This document shows positions 49,188 to 58,198 of a stretch of DNA of 64,000 nt, in pieces. The notes under the pieces are model-generated. The model did not search any database. It saw only the letters and a program-made list of their open reading frames with translations, and was not told the DNA's origin. The stretch's first letter is position 1, and each line of letters opens with the position of its first letter. Made by a program: the position numbers and the translations under genes. Location: the IMG/VR virus record IMGVR_UViG_3300023055_000005. One strand, 5' to 3'. This stretch comes from a virus. Lineage: Duplodnaviria; Caudoviricetes.

Positions 49188-49922
49188 ATGGACCTGAAAG
49201 CTCTGTTCTTCAACAACCGTGATGCGAGTAAGGTCCATGCTGCTCTGAAGGAACTGGACAACGGCCAACTGATGGCGCTCAAGGATTGCAAGATCTACAT
49301 CCCCGAGCGCTATACCGAGAAGAGCCTGGCCTTCCTGGGTCAGGAGGTTTACATCCTCGGTATCTTCGGCATCGTCGTCGAAGGTCAGTGGGCCGGTGTC
49401 TCCTCCGCTACGTCCATCATGCGCATCGAGCCGACCAGCACCGATCGCGTGGACATCGATGGTGAGCGCTACATGGAGTTCTTCTTCGAGAAGGGCTCCA
49501 CGATCGTGGCAAACGTCAACCTCGTCAAGACCGACACGTTGATCTACCTGATCTTCGATGAGTTCCACTCCAAGGGTAACGTGCCGTTCTACATGAACCT
49601 GGAGGACGTGGCACGGGTGTACCAGTCGGCAAGCTATCACGCCGGCATGGGCATCTGTGACAACCACGTCATCATGGAGATGTTCACCGCGTCCATTGCG
49701 CGTGATGCCAAGGACATGAACAAGCTGGCTCGCCAGACCTTGTCCAACCGGTTGGAAATCTTCAAGAACCCTCCGGTGTTCGTGCCGTTCCGGTCCGTGA
49801 CCTTCGGCGCTTCCAACACCCTGTCCAAGTTGATGGGTAACTACTTCGATGAAGGCCTGAATAGCGCGCTGCGTAATCCCAGCACGCGTTCGGAACGAAT
49901 CGAACAGATGCTCCTGACGTAA
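49188..49922 (+). CDS. phiKZ gp176-like protein (proposed small vRNAP subunit)
   Basis: 244 aa; CKIYIPERY..LGIFGIV; GNVPFYMN; LSKLMGNYFDEGL; synteny just upstream of the protease. Confidence 0.65.
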   Translation: MDLKALFFNNRDASKVHAALKELDNGQLMALKDCKIYIPERYTEKSLAFLGQEVYILGIFGIVVEGQWAGVSSATSIMRIEPTSTDRVDIDGERYMEFFFEKGSTIVANVNLVKTDTLIYLIFDEFHSKGNVPFYMNLEDVARVYQSASYHAGMGICDNHVIMEMFTASIARDAKDMNKLARQTLSNRLEIFKNPPVFVPFRSVTFGASNTLSKLMGNYFDEGLNSALRNPSTRSERIEQMLLT

Positions 49923-49933
49923 AGGATCTTCCA

Positions 49934-50701
49934 ATGAGCTACATGGGCGCAAAGCCTGTCCAGTCGGCCAAGTACGAATGTACTGCGCTGGTTGGCGTCA
50001 ACAAGGCCGGTACGCTGAAGGCTGATGCACGCGGGTACTACGACAACGTGGTGCTCGGTGCGTTCGACTACCACAACAGCTCCGGTGCTTTCTATCCCTT
50101 CGAGGATGCCAAGCACCTGTTTGAATCTTCCTCGCCGCTGATGCGCAAGATTGCCACCGGCAACCTGCGTGGCGAGTACGGTCATCCGCGCAAGGGTGAC
50201 ATGGACATGCGGCAGTTCATCAACCGCGTCTGCGACATCTACGAGCCGAACATCTCCCACCACGTTGCCCACGTGCGCATCGACAACATCCGTGAAGCCT
50301 CCGGGCGTCAGGTGATCGCTGTGCTGGGTCGTGTCAAGCCTGCCGGTCCGATGGGTCCGGCGCTGCGTGAAGCGTTCGAGAACCCAGAAGAAGATGTCTG
50401 CTTCTCGGTTCGTTCGCTGACCGAAGATGGCTGGGTGGGCAATGTTCTCCACAAGCGCATGAAGTCCCTGGTCACCTGGGACTACGTGAATGAACCGGGT
50501 ATCGCCGTGGCTCGCAAGTGGAACAACCCCTCGCTGGAATCGTTCGCCATTTCGCCGCAGCAGCTGCGCATGGCACGCGACATCCAGATGAAGGCAAGCA
50601 ATGGCATGGAGTCTGCAGCCTGCTCGATGCTGAACCAGATCGAACGCGACCTGGGCTGGGCTGGCGGTAGCAACCGTCCGCCGAGCGCTGACTGGAAGTA
50701 A
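49934..50701 (+). CDS. Prohead maturation protease (phiKZ gp175-like)
   Basis: LRGEYGHP (His), CFSVRS (Ser), TWDYVNEPGI motifs. Confidence 0.88.
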   Translation: MSYMGAKPVQSAKYECTALVGVNKAGTLKADARGYYDNVVLGAFDYHNSSGAFYPFEDAKHLFESSSPLMRKIATGNLRGEYGHPRKGDMDMRQFINRVCDIYEPNISHHVAHVRIDNIREASGRQVIAVLGRVKPAGPMGPALREAFENPEEDVCFSVRSLTEDGWVGNVLHKRMKSLVTWDYVNEPGIAVARKWNNPSLESFAISPQQLRMARDIQMKASNGMESAACSMLNQIERDLGWAGGSNRPPSADWK

Positions 50702-50759
50702 TTTCTTACAGCCAGATGCCATCATGTGGGAGAGTGCTTTCCCCAGCTCTCTCCCATCG

Positions 50760-51316
50760 GCCGAGCCGACCTAACTGTGTAGGCTTAGAGAAGGTGGACC
50801 GCGGACTGCTTAATGCACAGTGCCATGGTTCTTAACAGTAAGCGGAACGCGCAAACGTTCCGAAGTTGTAGTCTCATGAGTCGCACCCCAGCGACTAGCC
50901 GCCGCATACCCCATGCGGCCGCAACGTGACATGAGAATGCAGCCTTCAGTAATCCCGTAGCCGGTCTGCAGCTGGCCACTTGGATTACTGCTGGGTGCAG
51001 TCTTGCATCAATGCAGTATTGTATAGACAGTCGAGCAAAATCTTGGTCTTGTTCTGGTGGCCTGAATAACCACCCTTGATCTAGGCTATACCGCGGACCC
51101 TCGGAAAGTCCCAATGGTTAACTAGCTATCTTTCCTGTCGAACTGATCCTCTGGTCTGAGCAATTCGACCACAGGCTGTTGAACCTTCGAGTTCAGCCTA
51201 CAGCCGTTTCAATTTGGAGACGGCTGTGGGAAGCGCTTATCGCTTCACGCGGATTGGTCCACTACCACCGCAAACGACACGAAAACTAACAGGGCTAATG
51301 TCCTGAATTGCCTAGC
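50760..51316 (+). ncRNA. Candidate large structured non-coding RNA of unknown class
   Basis: No convincing CDS. At least 12 hand-checked helices, e.g. 50843-49/50856-62, 50872-78/50930-36, 50879-84/50891-96, 50901-07/50913-19, 50947-55/50982-90, 51200-10/51217-27, 51230-35/51241-46, and long-range 50793-800/51256-63. G.U pairs and GCAA/UUCG loops favour the + strand. Confidence 0.6.
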
Positions 51317-51374
51317 GGCATAAAAGCAGGCTGAGGACCACGGTTGCGACCGTGCGATCCTCAGCCTTTATGCC
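51317..51374. terminator. Long GGCATA...TATGCC hairpin closing the ncRNA candidate
   Basis: AGGCTGAGGA...TCCTCAGCCT enclosing CACGGT/ACCGTG. Confidence 0.7.
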
Positions 51375-51476
51375 CTTTGCCAATATTCGATGCCAATATC
51401 TTTCGCTTACATACTACAGACATAGTACTACTCGCTAGGAAACTGTCACGCTTTTCAGCATCTCGATTCAAAACAC

Positions 51477-51493
51477 TTTGAAGCATATATCAT
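51477..51493 (+). promoter_or_regulatory. Putative early (vRNAP) promoter
   Basis: TTTGAAGCATATATCAT upstream of the 159-aa gene. Confidence 0.55.
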
Positions 51494-51606
51494 CCAATTG
51501 ACCTACCAACGCAGTAACATCCCATCCCTAAAAAAGTACATCGCAGTGCTACACTGTGAAGTGCCCTGCTGGGTAGTTCGTCCCTAATCATACTGGAAAG
51601 AGCACC

Positions 51607-52086
51607 ATGTCCAACGAAAAGATCGCCATCATCGAAGACGCCAAGACCCGTGAGCATGCGGATCGCATCAAGAAGGAACTGTCGTACAACGACCACGGCC
51701 AGGCGCCGGAACTGGGCGATGTCATCTGCAACCCGATCTTCGAAGAGTTCGGCATCACCCCGCAGATCCTGGGCAACCTGAAGAATGCGCGCAACCTGAT
51801 CGTCGCCTCCTCCGGCCTGGCCACGGGCGAGAAGTCCAACACCGAACTGAACAACAACAAGGCGATCGACCGGACCGTGCTGTCCTTCGACCTGGCCGGC
51901 GACCGCGTGACCCACACCTACCTGCGTTCGCGCGAAAGCAACGATCCGCAGACCAAGGGCAAGACCATCGTCAAGAAGGGCGCCCTGTCGACCAACTACA
52001 CCGCTCGCGCCGGCGACAGCAGCCGCGGCCTGCTCAAGCAGGTCAAGCGCAGCCTGAACGTGCTCGCCGAAGAAGTGCTGAAGTAA
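51607..52086 (+). CDS. Hypothetical protein, probably highly expressed
   Basis: 159 aa; extreme C/G-ending codon bias; follows a putative early promoter; ends at a hairpin. Confidence 0.75.
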   Translation: MSNEKIAIIEDAKTREHADRIKKELSYNDHGQAPELGDVICNPIFEEFGITPQILGNLKNARNLIVASSGLATGEKSNTELNNNKAIDRTVLSFDLAGDRVTHTYLRSRESNDPQTKGKTIVKKGALSTNYTARAGDSSRGLLKQVKRSLNVLAEEVLK

Positions 52087-52115
52087 TCCAGCGCCGGCCT
52101 GCAACATGGATACGG

Positions 52116-52148
52116 GCCAGGGGAGCGATGCTCCCCTGGCTCTATGCC
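52116..52148 (+). terminator. Hairpin-TATGCC after the 159-aa gene
   Basis: GCCAGGGGAGC-gat-GCTCCCCTGGC. Confidence 0.7.
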
Positions 52149-52178
52149 GAATACGACAAGTGAACAAGGGGAATTGAA

Positions 52179-52805
52179 ATGCAGAAAGAACGTGCGGAGT
52201 ACATCCAGAGACCTGACGTTATCGAGAAGGTCCAGCGACTCCGCGACTACGCCTACACCGACAGCGAGATCGTCCAAGAGCTTTCCAAGAAGCTCGCCCC
52301 TGCGATGAACTCCAAGGGCGGCGTGTTCAACCGCCTGGACCTGTTCCACATCAAGACCGATTTCGAACACCTCAAGATCGACCAGCCTGAGACTGAAGAA
52401 CAGAAGCAGCAGGCCAAAACGGAGAAGTACCTGAGCGAGTCCTGCTACCTGATCCTGGGTAGCGAAACGACTGAAGCATTCGACACGGCAGCGGCCGTGG
52501 TGATCGATCCTTTCGGTCACATCAAAGCCAATCTGCGGGCATTCAAGTCGGTCATGTCGGTGGTTACGTCAACCCTCGAAGAGCGCGCAGTTGAAGACAT
52601 CGTCGAATCCATGACCAAGCTTCTGTCCATTTACAACAAGTGGGCACTTGGTCGTTCGGATGACCAGCAGCAGATGCATGAACTGACCAACGGCTTCCGT
52701 GCCGTGTATCGTCGGATCATCTCAGGTCAGCCGGCCCCGGCGAGTATCCAGACCTTCTGGGATCGTCACTTCGGGCACGCTGCACTTGAAGACGCTGAAG
52801 AATAA
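52179..52805 (+). CDS. Hypothetical protein
   Basis: 208 aa; GGGGA RBS; followed by an intrinsic terminator with a poly-T tract. Confidence 0.7.
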   Translation: MQKERAEYIQRPDVIEKVQRLRDYAYTDSEIVQELSKKLAPAMNSKGGVFNRLDLFHIKTDFEHLKIDQPETEEQKQQAKTEKYLSESCYLILGSETTEAFDTAAAVVIDPFGHIKANLRAFKSVMSVVTSTLEERAVEDIVESMTKLLSIYNKWALGRSDDQQQMHELTNGFRAVYRRIISGQPAPASIQTFWDRHFGHAALEDAEE

Positions 52806-52821
52806 TTGCTTGAAGAAGGGC

Positions 52822-52917
52822 AAGGAGTCGTCGCCTCTTGGCGGCTCCTTTTTTTTTTGTCTGTTTTTTTTTGTCGTGCGACATAGAGGGAGGGGCACGA
52901 GCCCCTCCCCTTATGCC
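52822..52917. terminator. Intrinsic terminator with T tracts plus a CATA-hairpin-TATGCC element at a convergent junction
   Basis: GGAGTCGTC...GGCGGCTCC followed by T11, then GGGAGGGGC-acga-GCCCCTCCC. Confidence 0.8.
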
Positions 52918-52919
52918 GT

Positions 52920-54596
52920 TTACAGCTGGTTGGCAACCTGGTTGATGTGCACCGGCAGTGCCGAGATACCCAGCTGGTAACCAGCGGTGGGTTCACGACG
53001 CAGGAACCGGATGTAGACCAACTGACCCTGGAGCAGATCGTTGGGCACCAGCAGCTCAGCATTCCACTGGCTGATCGGGTACTCGATCTCGCGTCCACCG
53101 AACACCAGCACGAAGTAGTTCGGCTCGGGAGCCCGTGCTTCGCGCTCTGCGTTGTACAGCGGCTGGGTGTTGTAGAACACCTCGTCCAGCCAACGCTGCA
53201 GGTTCGGCAAGCCGCAGTCGATCTTCAGCTTCCACTGGTTCACATTGACGAAGGTCATCTTCGCCGACAGACCCAGACCGTACGGCGGATCCTGACCCGG
53301 CGAGAAACCGATGGACCAGTTGTTCGTGTTCTGCGAACCCGGCGCCAGCAGTGCGACCTCGAAGGTCTGCGGGTGACGGTACGCAGCGAACTTGCCATCG
53401 ACCTTGTTCAGGTCAACCACGTAGCGCAGCTTCTGCACGACACCGAAGGCGGTGCCATCGAACGGAGCGGAGCCCTCGGCCAACTCGATGAGCGAGGTGA
53501 CGTTGTAGACTTCTTCACGGTCGAGGTTGTACAGGAAGAACTGCATGCGGTAACCGACCAATGCCGACACCCACGTCGGGTAGGCGAACAGCTTGACGCT
53601 GTAGGCACCATCCAACATGCGCGTACGGGCCCAGTAACGCTCGCTCATGTGCTTGTTGATCGAGGGGCTGGCATTGTAGGTGTACTCCTCCGGACCGAGC
53701 TTGTAGGCCAGCGAGAGAGGAATGACCTGGTCTTCGATCGACGCCACGTAGTTGTCGATGCCGTACAGGTTGAACTTGGTGCCGTCGATGGGGATACGGC
53801 GCTTGGAACCATCGCTGTAGTTCACCACGCCCATCAGCTGCAGACCAGCCACCGGCAGGTTGATCGGGAAGTCCAGATACTTCGGATCGGCGTTGGAGAG
53901 GAACGGGGAATCGATGGCGATGGAGGAGATGTACTTCTTGCCTTCCTCGCTCGCCCGGATCCAACCGGTGTTGTAGATGGTGAACTTCTGGATCGAAAGC
54001 GGGCCGCCTTCGTCATCGTACACCACCAGCGTCACCAGGTCGCCGTCTTCCAGCTTCTGCATGGTGTAACCACGCATGCACGCCTTGACCGAGATGTTCT
54101 GGCTGTCCTTGTGTTCCATGGCGACCAGTTCCAGCGGGATGTAATCGCCGAGGAACGAACCGTTCATGTAGTACGCGGAGATCACCTCACCGGTCTGGCC
54201 GATGTTGGTGCCCTTGAACACCTTGTAGCGGGTGGCGTCCTTGCCGTACAGGCGCGTACGACGATCCGGCTGCAGGCCGTGCGGGATGACCGAGGTGTCC
54301 AGCAGCATGCGGAAGGATTCGGAGCGGTAGCCCGGACCCATGCCCAGCAGGATATCGAACTCGTCGGTGATGCCGCCCTGGCTCGGGCCAACATGCGACT
54401 TCAGCTTGGAGATGGAAGTCGTGTAGTCCACTTCGGTTACACGGAACAGGCCTTCCACCCAGGACCAGACCGCATCGCCAACGTTGGGAACGTATCGACC
54501 ATCGGTACTGTGACCGAAGATCTCCTCGATGCTCCAAACGCGGAACGAGCGATCCGGATCTTGGATGGGGACCAACGGCTCTTTGATCTCAGCCAT
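52920..54596 (-). CDS. Virion structural protein (phiKZ gp26-like)
   Basis: 558 aa; DPDRSFRVWSIEEIF..GRYVPNVGD; synteny with the sheath and tube genes. Confidence 0.7.
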   Translation of the reverse strand: MAEIKEPLVPIQDPDRSFRVWSIEEIFGHSTDGRYVPNVGDAVWSWVEGLFRVTEVDYTTSISKLKSHVGPSQGGITDEFDILLGMGPGYRSESFRMLLDTSVIPHGLQPDRRTRLYGKDATRYKVFKGTNIGQTGEVISAYYMNGSFLGDYIPLELVAMEHKDSQNISVKACMRGYTMQKLEDGDLVTLVVYDDEGGPLSIQKFTIYNTGWIRASEEGKKYISSIAIDSPFLSNADPKYLDFPINLPVAGLQLMGVVNYSDGSKRRIPIDGTKFNLYGIDNYVASIEDQVIPLSLAYKLGPEEYTYNASPSINKHMSERYWARTRMLDGAYSVKLFAYPTWVSALVGYRMQFFLYNLDREEVYNVTSLIELAEGSAPFDGTAFGVVQKLRYVVDLNKVDGKFAAYRHPQTFEVALLAPGSQNTNNWSIGFSPGQDPPYGLGLSAKMTFVNVNQWKLKIDCGLPNLQRWLDEVFYNTQPLYNAEREARAPEPNYFVLVFGGREIEYPISQWNAELLVPNDLLQGQLVYIRFLRREPTAGYQLGISALPVHINQVANQL

Positions 54597-57169
54597 TAGA
54601 CGTACCCTTCTTTGAGTCGGATGAAGCGGTTGATGTCAACCTTGTCATCAAGGAAGATCTTGATGGCGCGCTGGAGGAAGGTGTACTGATAGATGTTCAG
54701 CACCGTCTCAACGTACAGGTTGTGCGGATGGATGCTCACGTAGTCGCTGTTCACACCCTGGCGAGTGGGGTCGTAGTCGAGCAGGTAGACGTAGTCTGCC
54801 AGTGCGTCACGAACCTCCTTGTCCGAGTAGTAGAAGCCTGCACCACTGAACTTGCTGATATCCAGCAGCCCATTGATCATGTCGTACATCACCTTCGAGG
54901 AGAAGGGGCTGTAGACCTGATACAGGCGCGGAATCGGCGAGGTCGGCGGCTTGGCCGGCTCGGGGAGTTTCATCGTCAGGTAGTCTTCGACGTACGCATC
55001 GTTCGCCTTGGACTTGGCGCGCATCGAGTAGGTGTCCTCGGTGGTCAGACCACGCAGGGGAACAACCGGCTCAGTGATCAGGTACGGCGCACCATTGCGG
55101 ATGTTCTGCATCTGGATGCCCTGATCGTTCTCGGAGAAGATCAGCTCGTCACGGTGACGGAGCGTGCCTTCCACGATGATGCGTACCACCTTGTCGTCGC
55201 GCACGTTGTAACGACGGTTGCGGCTGAGCAGCCCGTGCTCAACGAAGCCGAACTCGGCGGGTTCTTCGCGGCTCATGTCCGACAGGCAGAAGCCCGTGGC
55301 ACGAACCGTGATCGCCTGCCGTGCGTTGGCCTGGTCGATGTACTCCTTGTTCGTGATGATCACCTGCGGCCACTGTACGAAGTAGTCCAGGTTCTCGATC
55401 AGAGGAGCGCCGTTGAGCCAGAGGTCCAACTGACCCGGTGCGATGTACAGGGGACCGGTGAAGGTCTGGCCCACCTGCGTCTGCTCAGCAACGATGCTGA
55501 ACTTCAACAGGCCATCGATCGGAGCCATCGTGAAGCTGTAGGCCAAGAAGCGGTCATCGCAACCCACTGCGGTGAAGGTGTCGCTACCGGTAGCCCAGGT
55601 CACCTTCCCGTTGGAGATGGTGTACTTGGACAGATCACCCGTCACGTCCTTCCACTCGCCATGGCGGATCTCGCCACGCCACACCGGAGCGGTGTAGAAG
55701 CGGTAGTTGTAGGTCGGATCGATCACCGATTCACGCTGACCCTGGGTGAGCGCTGCTGCCACACCACCCACGCCCACGATGCCTTCCACCAGCACGCACT
55801 GCGCATTGCGCGGGACGTAGTTGATGTTGTCACTGTGGGAATAGAAGCCCAGCAGCCGTCCGCTGCTGTTGTACTCGTAGATGGTCGAGCGGTTGCGCAG
55901 TTCCACCGGCAGATCCACGTAACGACGCACGCTGTCCTGCTTGACCTTCAGCGGGGAGTCGCCGATCAGCTTGGCAGTGGCGTTGTAGCCGTAGGCGTCT
56001 TGCACCATCGGCACAGTGACCGCGGCGCCCTTGGATCGCATGATCTTCGGATACATCGACAGCTCCAACTGGGGAGCGTGCCAGAACGGCACAACCGAGT
56101 CGATGCCCAGCAGGGCCTTGCGCAGGTCCAGCGCAGACAGGCGGTACAGTTCCTTGATGCGGTGGTGCTCATCCACCAGCGGACGATGGTAGCCGCTGTG
56201 ACGGATGAACATGCGCACCGTCATCTGGTCGGTGTTCTTCCACAGTCCCATCGCTTCACGCAGCGAGGTGACGTAGGAGACCGGGATGCCGTAGTCCTTG
56301 TGGGTCACCATGCGCACCGCGTCTTCCTGATTGCGGTGGTACAGGCTGCCCTTCCACTTGGTGCCCTGCACGTTGACCAGGTAGATCTCCAGGTCGTCGC
56401 GATAGTCGATCGTCGAGTCGATCTGGTTCTTGTAGTTCAGCAGGTACTTGCGCTTGTTGTCCAGCGTGGAGACGTAGTTGTCCAGATCGGAGATCTTGAA
56501 CTCCACCGTGTTCTTGACGGTGGTGTCGTGGACGTACTCCACCAGCGCACCCTTGGGCAGGGTCATCGGGACGAAGTCATCGACGTAGATACCGTCGACA
56601 AATGCCAACGTCATTCCGCCCAGTGCCTTGCGGTCACGGAAGCGGCGCTGCATCAGCAGCATCGAGTTGAGATCGTCCATCACGCGACCTTCGGTGAAGA
56701 TCACGTTCTCCTTGCCCTTGGAACGCTGGGACTGGAAGTAGGCGTTGCTGTACAGACGCACGAAGATCGGCGTGTTGTCCAGTTCCACCAGGCGCGGTTG
56801 ATCCTGCACGGCCAGCAGGACGTTGCCGTCCTCGTTGACCAGGAACCAGCACTGGAAGCGCGGCAACTGCAAGCCGCTCTCAGTGTAGATGTCGCTGTAC
56901 AGGTACTTGCGACGCATGTTCTCGCTCACCGTCTGCCAGATCATCTTGTCCGGCATCAGACCGATCAGCGGAGCGTGCAGCTGACCGATCTGGTAAACGT
57001 GGTAGCGTTCTTTGGGCGTCGGCAAGGGGATCGTGTCCCACAAGACGTTCGTGGTAGCGATGTCCCCTCGCGGCCGGGTCAGCTTGGCAGGCTTGAAGAT
57101 CACCTGCTTGTCCTGATCCGGCGTGCACCACACATTCTGCAATGCGTGGCTTACGAGGAAATCGGTCAT
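54596..57169 (-). CDS. Virion structural protein (phiKZ gp27-like)
   Basis: 857 aa; DFLVSHALQNVWCTPDQD; overlaps both neighbouring genes. Confidence 0.7.
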   Translation of the reverse strand: MTDFLVSHALQNVWCTPDQDKQVIFKPAKLTRPRGDIATTNVLWDTIPLPTPKERYHVYQIGQLHAPLIGLMPDKMIWQTVSENMRRKYLYSDIYTESGLQLPRFQCWFLVNEDGNVLLAVQDQPRLVELDNTPIFVRLYSNAYFQSQRSKGKENVIFTEGRVMDDLNSMLLMQRRFRDRKALGGMTLAFVDGIYVDDFVPMTLPKGALVEYVHDTTVKNTVEFKISDLDNYVSTLDNKRKYLLNYKNQIDSTIDYRDDLEIYLVNVQGTKWKGSLYHRNQEDAVRMVTHKDYGIPVSYVTSLREAMGLWKNTDQMTVRMFIRHSGYHRPLVDEHHRIKELYRLSALDLRKALLGIDSVVPFWHAPQLELSMYPKIMRSKGAAVTVPMVQDAYGYNATAKLIGDSPLKVKQDSVRRYVDLPVELRNRSTIYEYNSSGRLLGFYSHSDNINYVPRNAQCVLVEGIVGVGGVAAALTQGQRESVIDPTYNYRFYTAPVWRGEIRHGEWKDVTGDLSKYTISNGKVTWATGSDTFTAVGCDDRFLAYSFTMAPIDGLLKFSIVAEQTQVGQTFTGPLYIAPGQLDLWLNGAPLIENLDYFVQWPQVIITNKEYIDQANARQAITVRATGFCLSDMSREEPAEFGFVEHGLLSRNRRYNVRDDKVVRIIVEGTLRHRDELIFSENDQGIQMQNIRNGAPYLITEPVVPLRGLTTEDTYSMRAKSKANDAYVEDYLTMKLPEPAKPPTSPIPRLYQVYSPFSSKVMYDMINGLLDISKFSGAGFYYSDKEVRDALADYVYLLDYDPTRQGVNSDYVSIHPHNLYVETVLNIYQYTFLQRAIKIFLDDKVDINRFIRLKEGYV

Positions 57170-58080
57170 TCTCGTGCTCCGATCATGTTCAGCAGGTTGA
57201 AGGTGAACGTCTTGCTCACCTGACCCTTGTCCAGCTTCTGGAGAAGCTTGGTCAGGAACGTGCGGTGATACAGTCGGTCATTGAATGCCGAGTACACCAT
57301 CGTGATCCAGGTCGGCGGATGTTCCAGCGAGACGTTGACCATCTCCTGGTCGTTGGTGGAGAACCACGAACTGCGCAGGACCGTGTACAGGAAACCGACG
57401 CTCAGCTGAGCCAGGCGGGGAGAGAAGATCCCTTCCTTGAGCAGGTTGACGAATTCGGCCACGTTGTGCGGCGTGCGGTGATCACCCATCAGTTCGATGA
57501 CGGTGTTCGGGTTGCTGCGGGTCAGGTTGGCAATGACCGTGGAGAGACGGCGACGAGTGATCTCATCCTCCATCTCGTTGGCTTCCTCGAACAGGCCCAG
57601 GTAGTACCACGCAGCAGCAATTGCAACGTTCTGCTGTTCCTGCGGGTTCAGATTCAGGGCACGCGTGAGGTTGTCAGAGATCCACGTGGCGAAAGCCTTG
57701 GGCGCAATGTCGCCCAATGTAATGAACAGTCCCTGTTCCCCTTCTGCCCAAATCCGGGAAAGCACGCCGCGCATGACCATGAAATCATGCTGGCTGTGAT
57801 CACGGACTTGGAATACGCCCAGTCGATCGATCGCGGTATACGGACGCGTATCGATTACCCAGTAAGTTTCGCCCGTGCCGCGGGTGATTGCAATCGGATG
57901 TCCGAACTGTGGGATGACTTTGTTGCTCGGCGGAATTTCCTTCACCTTGTCATACACGTTGCCTGACTTCGTCGTCGCGTCACGCAGCTCGCCCTCAATG
58001 AGCGCCACGTTGATTTCCTTCTCGATCTTGCTGAGATTGTAGGCGCCCAGAGGCGTGGTCTGATAGGGTTGGAGGATCAT
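57166..58080 (-). CDS. Virion structural protein (phiKZ gp28-like)
   Basis: 304 aa; PYQTT; IPQFGHPI; SLEHPPTWITMVY; divergent from the sheath gene. Confidence 0.7.
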   Translation of the reverse strand: MILQPYQTTPLGAYNLSKIEKEINVALIEGELRDATTKSGNVYDKVKEIPPSNKVIPQFGHPIAITRGTGETYWVIDTRPYTAIDRLGVFQVRDHSQHDFMVMRGVLSRIWAEGEQGLFITLGDIAPKAFATWISDNLTRALNLNPQEQQNVAIAAAWYYLGLFEEANEMEDEITRRRLSTVIANLTRSNPNTVIELMGDHRTPHNVAEFVNLLKEGIFSPRLAQLSVGFLYTVLRSSWFSTNDQEMVNVSLEHPPTWITMVYSAFNDRLYHRTFLTKLLQKLDKGQVSKTFTFNLLNMIGARE

Positions 58081-58198
58081 GTCGCCGGCCTTTGCTCTGA
58101 AGTTGTAAAAAGATACTCGTTACGCCTAAAGTATTTCCGTATTACTATGATGTACGAGCATCGCTAGTCGCTATAACATTCGCCCACAGGAGCCCCTG

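Noticed and set aside
50800-50885. Group I intron P7-like pair on the minus strand (GAGACTAC ... GCAGTCC)
   Set aside because: It contains an A.C mismatch, no interrupted gene flanks it, no P/Q elements were found, and G.U orientation favours the + strand.
50785-51114. 109-aa minus-strand ORF inside the structured region
   Set aside because: No RBS, no phage-like codon bias and no motifs; more simply explained as a chance ORF in a non-coding RNA.
51081-51315. RNase P RNA-like motifs: GGAAAGTCC at 51103-11, AACAGGGCT at 51288-96, CTAGGC/GCCTAG as a possible P1
   Set aside because: Only about 5 bp of P4 can form; the CR-II (AGUGCnACAG), CR-III and CR-IV elements and a proper P3 are not visible; GGAAAGTCC can pair locally with GGAC 51095-98. 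Not enough to call RNase P, but worth including in a CM scan.
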